From contig JAKQQL010000435.1 in NCBI GenBank assembly GCA_029564175.1, positions 1-17,406 of the forward strand: a DNA stretch of 17,406 nucleotides, read 5' to 3'. The translations under genes were made by a program, and so were the position numbers. Source of the DNA: Candidatus Cloacimonadota bacterium. Its GTDB lineage: Bacteria; Cloacimonadota; Cloacimonadia; Cloacimonadales; WRIO01. Shown piece by piece: positions 1 to 6,640 of the stretch. The notes under the pieces are model-generated. The model was not told the origin of the DNA and made no database searches. It worked only from the letters and a program-made list of their open reading frames with translations. Numbering within the stretch: position 1 is the stretch's first letter; each line of letters starts with the position of its first letter.

Positions 1-2
1 AG

Positions 3-92
3 AGGGAGTTGGATGAAGAGCTCACGAACCATGAAAGTTTCAACTTCCATGCGAGGCTCAGAGAGAAGGAATTGGAAGGGGATAAGGAATAA
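3..92 (+). CDS. 3' end of an upstream host gene (partial, ...RELDEELTNHESFNFHARLREKELEGDKE*)
   Basis: Frame 3 is open from the window edge to TAA (90-92), followed by TAG (93-95) and then the tRNA. The composition is protein-like but the fragment is too short to identify. Confidence 0.35.
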   Translation, partial: RELDEELTNHESFNFHARLREKELEGDKE

Positions 93-95
93 TAG

Positions 96-168
96 GCGGG
101 AATAGCTCAGTCGGTAGAGCATCAGCTTCCCAAGCTGAGGGTCGGGGGTTCGAATCCCCTTTCCCGCT
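96..168 (+). tRNA. tRNA-Gly (anticodon CCC)
   Basis: Cloverleaf read directly: acceptor GCGGGAA/TTCCCGC, D-arm GCTC/GAGC, anticodon stem TCAGC/GCTGA with loop TT-CCC-AA (CCC at 129-131), T-arm GGGGG-TTCGAAT-CCCCT, discriminator T. CCA is not encoded (TCA follows the acceptor stem). Confidence 0.97.
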
Positions 169-198
169 CAAATAAAGACCTGATTAACAGGCATTTTT

Positions 199-236
199 AA
201 GGACTCGTAACTTAGGCTGTTGTGAGTCCTTTTTTA
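199..236 (+). terminator. Probable intrinsic terminator after the tRNA
   Basis: Stem AAGGACTCGTAAC / GTTGTGAGTCCTT (with G-U pairs), 7-nt loop, followed by a T run. Confidence 0.7.
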
Positions 237-260
237 TTTGCAATAAAATTTGCAATATAA
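236..260 (+). repeat. Left copy of 25-bp terminal direct repeat ATTTGCAATAAAATTTGCAATATAA (tandem ATTTGCAAT, 12-bp period); putative integrase arm-type site or att sequence
   Basis: 24/25 identical to 17321-17345, same orientation. Confidence 0.85.
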
Positions 261-627
261 GATAGGGGTTGTCAATTTGCGGATTTGTAAAATTTATTTA
301 AAAAAATTTTCTGACTTATTGTTAAGAAAAACCATTGTAATTTCCTGTATATCTATTATTTTATTCAGAATTTCTCGATCTCAAATTTTTTTAGAAAAAA
401 TTTGACTTTATCATTTTTGTGCAACAATTAAAATCACCGGAATAATTTTAATGCACGACCCACTCTCGTGTGCATAGCCGGGGGGGGGATGGGGGTACTA
501 ACCCTCGGATACCCACCCCCTCTTTCCATAATGTCCACTTCATGAATAAGGTGTATTTATATAAAAGGTTCATAAGGTTTTGTCATACCATGATGATTAG
601 TAGAAATAATGCTTTTGATGCCATTTA

Positions 628-1146
628 ATGTTATGTAATATGGAAGATGACCCTCGAAATATTGCCGTCCATGAAGCCGGACATGCCTTTGTCCATGCTT
701 TATTATCAATTCCCTTCACTTATGTTACTATCATCCCGGATCAGAATGTTAACCATTATGGAGATACGGCACTGGGTTATTTAATGCCCAACTGGTCTTT
801 TTGTGGTAAAGAAAGTAGTTCAAATCCATGGCGTGATCCAAATGATTTTACTATTTGTTTTATGGAAGACCTTGGAATAATTGCAGGGATGGTTGCTGAG
901 ATGCTATACCGCAAAGATGAAATGAACTTTACGGGGAGTAAAAGTGATCTGAAACAATTAAATCATAATTGCCGTAATAAACTCCCGGCATCAATTCGTA
1001 ACAAATATTCAAGTTTCCTGATAGCATATGCTTTCAATTTATTAAAGCAAAAGGAGAACTATTACCTGATCTTAAAAATTGCAAAAGAATTATTAGAGCA
1101 TAAGACCCTGAGTTATGATCAGGTGAAAAAGATTATAAATCGGTAA
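628..1146 (+). CDS. Stand-alone peptidase M41-like (FtsH protease-domain-like) zinc metalloprotease
   Basis: AVHEAGHA zinc motif near the N-terminus, then VTI, ALGY, AGMVAE and GSKSDL (third-ligand Asp, as in GAxxD of FtsH), and C-terminal IAKELLEHKTL. No AAA+ or transmembrane region. Start may be 640 (MEDD). Confidence 0.78.
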   Translation: MLCNMEDDPRNIAVHEAGHAFVHALLSIPFTYVTIIPDQNVNHYGDTALGYLMPNWSFCGKESSSNPWRDPNDFTICFMEDLGIIAGMVAEMLYRKDEMNFTGSKSDLKQLNHNCRNKLPASIRNKYSSFLIAYAFNLLKQKENYYLILKIAKELLEHKTLSYDQVKKIINR

Positions 1147-1294
1147 TTTTGTAATCATTGGAAATGACTGACCATTATTCTTATTAAAAAACGTAACTTA
1201 AAGTGTAAATGTCATAATTTTAACTTTTCTTGTTGTTAACTAATAACATTGGTACGGATTTTGCGCAATTTTTTCTGATCCAAGACCTAATTCA

Positions 1295-1741
1295 ATGAGA
1301 AAAATAGCGAAGACTGTATTTCTTTTAATTTCTTTCACCAGCCTCTCATTCTTATCAGGTTGTGAAAAACTGGATACCGTTTCAACTGATGGGTATTATT
1401 CAGGGTCATTAGTTTACCAAGGGCAACCTCTGTTTGCTGCGATTTCTTTCAATGGAAACAATTATGCTGAAGTCGCATCAGGTGGAGCATTGAATCAGAA
1501 ATTCCCATGCATAACAAAAGGAACTTACAAAATAAAGCACAACACAATTTCTTTTTCCCCATCCGAGATGCCTGTGGTACTTGATTGTTCATGTGCTATA
1601 ATGTTTACTACAGTTAAATTTGACTGCCTATTGAGTGGAGAATATACATTCATTCAATCTGGAAAAACCATAAAATTTCAAAGGGGCACTGGGAACGACC
1701 TGCAAGTATATAATTTAACTTTTATAGAACCTAACCCTTAA
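1295..1741 (+). CDS. Predicted lipoprotein, unknown function
   Basis: Basic N-terminus, hydrophobic stretch, lipobox LSG-C followed by EKLD. Confidence 0.75.
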   Translation: MRKIAKTVFLLISFTSLSFLSGCEKLDTVSTDGYYSGSLVYQGQPLFAAISFNGNNYAEVASGGALNQKFPCITKGTYKIKHNTISFSPSEMPVVLDCSCAIMFTTVKFDCLLSGEYTFIQSGKTIKFQRGTGNDLQVYNLTFIEPNP

Positions 1742-1751
1742 CACCAGCATC

Positions 1752-2081
1752 ATGAAAAAGATAGTATTGATGTTTTTCTTATCTATCATGTTATTTTCAT
1801 GCAATAAGGAGAATGACGAGAAATTTCCAGAAAATCCAGATTGGTTAACTGAAAAGATTTCTCAAATGGGGACTGATTTTTATTATGTAGGTACAATCGT
1901 TTACGCATATGAATGGAATAATGAATATTTTTATTTAATCTCAATACCCTTATCTTCTTGCATAATGTGCGAATTCTATAATTACGAGGGAGAAAAAGTC
2001 GAATGGACACAAGAAAAGATTGATGATTTTCAGAAAAATGGTAAAAGGATTAAAGTAGTCTGGCAAAGAGATATAAAATAA
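1752..2081 (+). CDS. Predicted small lipoprotein (resembles DUF6970)
   Basis: MKKIVLMFFLSIMLFS-C-NKENDE signal. The PDWLTEKI...YAYEWNNEYFY...CIMCEFYNYEG pattern is recalled from DUF6970-type Bacteroidota proteins; not verified by HMM. Confidence 0.75.
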   Translation: MKKIVLMFFLSIMLFSCNKENDEKFPENPDWLTEKISQMGTDFYYVGTIVYAYEWNNEYFYLISIPLSSCIMCEFYNYEGEKVEWTQEKIDDFQKNGKRIKVVWQRDIK

Positions 2082-2084
2082 ATA

Positions 2085-2906
2085 ATGAAATTTAATGTCA
2101 TGAAAAGGTTAGCATTTGCGTTTTTCATTTCTCTCCTGCTATTTTCCTGTGAAAAAGATCGACAATCAATTATCGAAAATACGGATATTCCGTTGATCAT
2201 TAAGGTATTAATTGGTGATGAGATTTATATGGAATATTCATATAATGATGCAAATTTATTAATCGAAGAAAAGAGCAAATTTCATTACTCAAGACACTTT
2301 TACAATAACAATAACCAGTTGGTATCATCTGATATTTATTGGGATATGCGTATTGCCAGCAGCAACAGCAGGATTCTTGAAGAAGCAATGAACCGGGAAG
2401 AGTGGGTCAATCCTGATAATACACCCAAAAGCATTTCCCATATTCTTAAATATTACCCTGAGAAACACATAATACAAAAATCATTTGTCCGCCCTACCGG
2501 GAACAATAACGATATCGTAGAATTCCAGTTTGACAATGATAGGGTTGTCAGATCAACAGGATATTATAATAATTCAATTTCCGGCTACACAGACTATCAA
2601 TATGATGAGTATGGAAATGTAATCAGGCAAACGAAATATACGGTCTTATCAACAGGAGTCACTGAGTCAACCACTACCACAGAGTATGAATACGATAATA
2701 AGCATAACCCATATCAATCATTCAAACGATTAGTAACTCCCAGTATTCATACCAACCCTAACAATATTACAAAGGAAACATATACACTTAATTTTGACGT
2801 TGACCCTTCGATTGAAAAAGTACAAATAACAGAATACGAATATGAATATAATGCTGATGGCTACCCAATAAGAGTAAACGGGGAGACGGAATATGTGTAC
2901 AAATAA
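2085..2906 (+). CDS. Predicted lipoprotein with YD/RHS-like beta-hairpin repeats
   Basis: LLFS-C-EKD lipobox; repeated YxYN/YxYD motifs (YSYND, YQYDEYGN, YEYDNKHNP, YEYNADGYP). Start may be 2100 (MKRL). Confidence 0.78.
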   Translation: MKFNVMKRLAFAFFISLLLFSCEKDRQSIIENTDIPLIIKVLIGDEIYMEYSYNDANLLIEEKSKFHYSRHFYNNNNQLVSSDIYWDMRIASSNSRILEEAMNREEWVNPDNTPKSISHILKYYPEKHIIQKSFVRPTGNNNDIVEFQFDNDRVVRSTGYYNNSISGYTDYQYDEYGNVIRQTKYTVLSTGVTESTTTTEYEYDNKHNPYQSFKRLVTPSIHTNPNNITKETYTLNFDVDPSIEKVQITEYEYEYNADGYPIRVNGETEYVYK

Positions 2907-2916
2907 TAATTCCACA

Positions 2917-3408
2917 ATGAAAAATATAATATTCTTTTTGGTAATCGTTTTATGCTGCTATGGATGTGATAAGGATAATCCTGATATAAATGGTGAAGTT
3001 GTTAATCTTATTACCAATGATGACCCGATAATTTTTAAAAAATCAGTTATACTATTTGATGATAACAGTTATTTGATCAAAACACCATTAGATACATTTC
3101 TCTTGGGTTATCCATTCCTATGGTCTGGTTATGGTGATATGAAAACAAAAGCAATTAATGATGGTGCAATCAATGATATTCTGGTTGTTTCTGATTATAT
3201 GAAACGTCCCAGAGATAGTGTTTATACATTAGCATATTATCTGGAGACTGGCAGATGCCATTTATTTGACAAAAAAATTAATGCATGTATCAAAACTATT
3301 CAAGTCGAAACCTATTATGAAGGTGAATCATGGTTGTTAACCGGGAGAAGGAGATTTTATGTAAAAAACAAACTATTTCTCGAAACAGTAGATTTAATAA
3401 GTAAATAA
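2917..3408 (+). CDS. Predicted lipoprotein, unknown function
   Basis: Start re-assigned to ATG 2917 (MKNIIFFLVIVLCCYG-C-DKD), which gives a typical signal II and removes the overlap with the upstream gene. Confidence 0.72.
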   Translation: MKNIIFFLVIVLCCYGCDKDNPDINGEVVNLITNDDPIIFKKSVILFDDNSYLIKTPLDTFLLGYPFLWSGYGDMKTKAINDGAINDILVVSDYMKRPRDSVYTLAYYLETGRCHLFDKKINACIKTIQVETYYEGESWLLTGRRRFYVKNKLFLETVDLISK

Positions 3409-3431
3409 GCATCTTCATTAAGCAATAAGAT

Positions 3432-3863
3432 ATGAAGCCAAAGAACAATTCATGCAAGTACAATTTGTTGTTAATGGTTAAGATTCTATTTGTTACTGGA
3501 ATGGCAACATGTTTTGTTAATTGTTCAAAAGAACCAACATATTCAGAATCTCTTATAAAGGTTGACAGTCTTACGATAGAAAATCTTCAGACAGTTGGCT
3601 CAGGTGAATTATTTTCTATTCATCTATATGGAACAATAAGTGGTGATGGGTGCTCCGGTTACAGCCATTGTAAAGCCTATTGGCAGAATCAGGATTTTAT
3701 TATCGAGGCTTGGAAACAGACAAAATTGCATCAGGTAGCATGTCCTACTGTAATGGTTTATCTTGATGAGATAATCATTTTTTACCGGGATTCCTTTCCT
3801 GATAACTTCACCATTAAAGTGAAACAACCAGATGGGTCTTATCTTGAAGAACAAATGATATAA
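3432..3863 (+). CDS. Predicted lipoprotein, unknown function
   Basis: Hydrophobic stretch ending FVN-C-SKE; further Cys residues (GCSGYSHC, ACPT) suggest disulfides in an exported protein. Start may be 3474. Confidence 0.68.
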   Translation: MKPKNNSCKYNLLLMVKILFVTGMATCFVNCSKEPTYSESLIKVDSLTIENLQTVGSGELFSIHLYGTISGDGCSGYSHCKAYWQNQDFIIEAWKQTKLHQVACPTVMVYLDEIIIFYRDSFPDNFTIKVKQPDGSYLEEQMI

Positions 3864-3910
3864 GTTAAGTGAAAGAAGTTTTGTGAACCAAATTTTTTAG
3901 AGATAATAAA

Positions 3911-4447
3911 ATGTCCAAACGACTCATTTATATTTTACTGGTTGCAGCAATAATGATTGGTTGTGAAAAAGATAAATTTAACATAGATAATCCTGATGTT
4001 GCAGTTTTTGTCAAACAATTGAAAAATGGAACATACGATTGCTATGAGAAAGGAGAAAATGGTGAGAATTTTTGGCTTCTGATGCCAAAATTCACATCAG
4101 ATCATATATCATCACTTATCAAATTTTCCAAAGACACATCACATATTGACGATTTCCCAATTAATCCAATATCATCTCGCAGACCATACCCAGAAGGAAG
4201 GGAATACTTTATCTTGGGTGAGTGTTTACTATGGACAGTAGAAGGAATAAGAAATGGTTATGGATACGGTTCACTTGACCCATTCATAATTGACAGTGGG
4301 TTGGCTGAGAGCGAAAGGTACAAGGGATTGAGCGGTGCTGAAATCTTTATTGTGTGGGAACTTTATAATCAGTGGTGGCTTGATAATAAATTTAATGAAT
4401 GGCAGGATAAAAATCCCTTGGAAGGTACTTCATTTAGATGGTTTTAA
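3911..4447 (+). CDS. Predicted lipoprotein (resembles DUF4943)
   Basis: MIG-C-EKD lipobox. The NPDV..FV..LK, MPKF..DHI..L, FPINPISS, LGECLLWTVEGIR pattern is recalled from DUF4943 proteins; not verified by HMM. Confidence 0.75.
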   Translation: MSKRLIYILLVAAIMIGCEKDKFNIDNPDVAVFVKQLKNGTYDCYEKGENGENFWLLMPKFTSDHISSLIKFSKDTSHIDDFPINPISSRRPYPEGREYFILGECLLWTVEGIRNGYGYGSLDPFIIDSGLAESERYKGLSGAEIFIVWELYNQWWLDNKFNEWQDKNPLEGTSFRWF

Positions 4448-4617
4448 ATAGTGCCAGAGAAGGTTACAATCCAATCCTGAGTTACTCTATCATTTTAAGG
4501 TCTCCCCCTTCTATACGTTCTAAAATGCTGCAAAAAATATGAGGCAGTACTTTCTCTCTGCATTTCCTCGTGCTTCAATGGATGTAAATAACGTAGTTCC
4601 GCCTCAATAGAAGAAAT

Positions 4618-5187
4618 TTATAGGTATGCATATATAGTTCCTCTGCTAACGTGAAGTTTTTTTGAAATAGCCATTATACTCATGCCTGATACTTTCAATT
4701 CATTAATTTTTTCAATTTTGGCTTTATCCAGTGTTGGTCTTCCACCTACTCTACCTGCTTTCCGAGATTTTTCCAGTCCTGCTTTAACTCGTTCAGAAAT
4801 TCGGATTCGTTCCTGTTTCGCAAGCGTTGAAAGCAAAGCAATAATAACATCCTTGAAAATGCCGGAAGAATCAATGTATTGCTCAGTAAAACTTTTGTAC
4901 AAAACTCCGTAGTCATCCAGCATCTGGAGATAATGAATGGTTTCACGTGTTCCTGCTCTGGAGAATCTGTCCAATGCATAAAAAAGCAGCATGTCAAACT
5001 TCCGTTTTGAAGCATCGGATAACATTTTGTTGAATTGTAGCCGATTATTTGATGCGCCAGATACTATGTCGGCATATTCGGCAACAATCTCATAATTCAT
5101 ACGCTGGCAATAATCACGAAGTACTATTAACTGATTATCCAAATCGGATGTATCTTTTGAAATTCTTGCATAAATCCCAATCTTCAT
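4618..5187 (-). CDS. Small serine recombinase (resolvase/invertase family) with C-terminal HTH
   Basis: YARIS catalytic Ser motif, Q...L, SG...R..F, LDRFSR, ERIRISER...GL, GRVGGRP, HTH ending VSRGTIY; 189 aa. Confidence 0.95.
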   Translation of the reverse strand: MKIGIYARISKDTSDLDNQLIVLRDYCQRMNYEIVAEYADIVSGASNNRLQFNKMLSDASKRKFDMLLFYALDRFSRAGTRETIHYLQMLDDYGVLYKSFTEQYIDSSGIFKDVIIALLSTLAKQERIRISERVKAGLEKSRKAGRVGGRPTLDKAKIEKINELKVSGMSIMAISKKLHVSRGTIYAYL

Positions 5188-5202
5188 AATCGTGTGTTTT
5201 TG

Positions 5203-5305
5203 GTGTGCATAAAACAGGTGTTATTTATACATGGAAATGCAAACTTTTAAATGTCATTATATCAGGCACTTCAATCATGGATTTTTTGAAAGGTTTTTTG
5301 AACAC
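5203..5305. promoter_or_regulatory. Candidate res/recombinase-binding region upstream of the serine recombinase
   Basis: Imperfect palindrome GTGTGCATAAAAC-AGGT-GTTATTTATACAT (5203-5232) and a TTTTTTGAA direct repeat (about 5282-5302). The position upstream of a resolvase is typical for res sites. Confidence 0.4.
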
Positions 5306-5325
5306 TACTTTCACGATGAAAACAA

Positions 5326-5514
5326 TCAATTTTTACTTAACCAATCAAACCGATAAACACTTAATTCCGGAAATTTCTTCAGATAGCATGAATAGGGTAT
5401 TACCACGACCTCTTTTATGATCGTCCCATCCATGAAAAGCAAAATCATTTGAAAACCATCAACTTCCTCTTCAGTAATAATTATTTGATGAATTATTTTC
5501 GATCTTTTATTCAT
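5326..5514 (-). CDS. Possible small hypothetical protein (62 aa from MNKRSK)
   Basis: Fills the gap between the recombinase and the first XRE gene, is co-oriented with the recombinase and has protein-like composition. No recognisable motif. Confidence 0.35.
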   Translation of the reverse strand: MNKRSKIIHQIIITEEEVDGFQMILLFMDGTIIKEVVVIPYSCYLKKFPELSVYRFDWLSKN

Positions 5515-5622
5515 ACATACGTCCATAATAATAGACAAATATATGTAGATTTATAGTAAATGATGTGTCGAAATTGTATTTTTTAATGGACGATTAATAC
5601 CTTTACGTCAAAATCTTATATA

Positions 5623-5937
5623 ATGAAATCAAGAACATCGAGATCAAAAACTAATGGTCTCAACCCAAAACAATATCAGCAACCGATAGAAGTTAGTCCG
5701 GAACATAAAGATTTCTTCTCACAAGTTGGCAGCCGAATTGAAGAACTACGAAAGAAACAAGGTGTAAGCATAACAGAATTGAGCAAAAAAACTGGCATTT
5801 CCCGGTTTACATATTATTTAATAATTCAAGGAAAGGTTTACTGGAATTCACAAACAATACTGACCTTACTATCTCATTATAATATTGATGCTGCCAAGTT
5901 TTTCAGTTCGCTGACAAAAAGTGCAAATTCGATGTAA
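5623..5937 (+). CDS. XRE/Cro-CI family HTH transcriptional regulator
   Basis: VGSRIEELRKKQGVSITELSKKTGISRFTYYLIIQGK is a classic HTH_3 pattern. Confidence 0.85.
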   Translation: MKSRTSRSKTNGLNPKQYQQPIEVSPEHKDFFSQVGSRIEELRKKQGVSITELSKKTGISRFTYYLIIQGKVYWNSQTILTLLSHYNIDAAKFFSSLTKSANSM

Positions 5938-6193
5938 ATTATTCATTTTTCCTGACAACCATCGCTGTGGTGGGAGTACAAATCCCTGTTTCTTATGCGA
6001 AAAATGTCAAAATCAGCGTTAACACCAACCTTCCCATCATCAGCAAGGAACAATGACACGGCATAATTCTGCTCAAAAGAAGAATAATATCCGGTTATAG
6101 TACCATGAATTTCACATCCGCTTGTGATAACCAAAACTACTGACTGAAACTCACATTTACCATTGAATAGTATTTATAGAAAATGCTACAACT

Positions 6194-6445
6194 ATGTCAA
6201 AAAACGTAAAAACTATTCCCAAACCTTGTGATGCTTATCTTGAAAGAATTAGCCTGTTTTTAAAGAACTGGCGAATAGGAGAGGGTCTAAGTCAACGAGA
6301 GTTCAGTGAGTTGGCGGAAACACATCGTAATAGCATCTATCATATTGAAAATACTAAAACAAAATCATATAACATCCTGACCCTGCTAAAATGCATTAAT
6401 GCAACAGGCTTGACTGTTTCTCAGTTCTTTAACAATATCGATTGA
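6194..6445 (+). CDS. XRE/Cro-CI family HTH transcriptional regulator
   Basis: LKNWRIGEGLSQREFSELAETHRNSIYHIEN...NILTLLKCINATGLTVSQFF, an HTH_3 pattern. Confidence 0.85.
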   Translation: MSKNVKTIPKPCDAYLERISLFLKNWRIGEGLSQREFSELAETHRNSIYHIENTKTKSYNILTLLKCINATGLTVSQFFNNID

Positions 6446-6640
6446 TAGTACTAATCATCAAATAAATCAATCAGTCTACTGATTTACTTGCCTCGTGTCA
6501 TGGTCACTCAGATAATGGTTATTAAGTCTTTTAACGGTCTCCTAAAGACAATAAACAATTATTAATTATGATTATATATCATTGATATAATGCTATATTA
6601 AATATATTATCTAATGTAATACATTATATAGAATTTATTT

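Noticed and set aside
1742..3910. Integron attC-like or CRISPR-like repeats between the lipoprotein genes
   Set aside because: The intergenic gaps are only 3-47 nt and share no repeated or palindromic motif.
1358..3973. 12-bp repeats GGTTGTGAAAAA (1358, 3959) and TGTGAAAAAGAT (2148, 3962) as cassette recombination sites
   Set aside because: Fully explained by coding for the shared G-C-E-K / C-E-K-D lipobox residues; absent from the other genes.
5205..5420. 71-aa plus-strand ORF
   Set aside because: GTG start inside the candidate res palindrome, overlaps the opposite-strand ORF, and has no motif.
5943..6134. 63-aa minus-strand ORF between the two XRE genes
   Set aside because: TTG start, no recognisable motif and an in-frame stop shortly upstream. 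It cannot be supported, though a gene remnant is not excluded.
6580..6612. dif/Xer-like site (ATTGATATAATGCTATATTAAAT)
   Set aside because: The spacer length and XerD arm do not match TTATGTTAAAT; the resemblance is attributable to AT richness.
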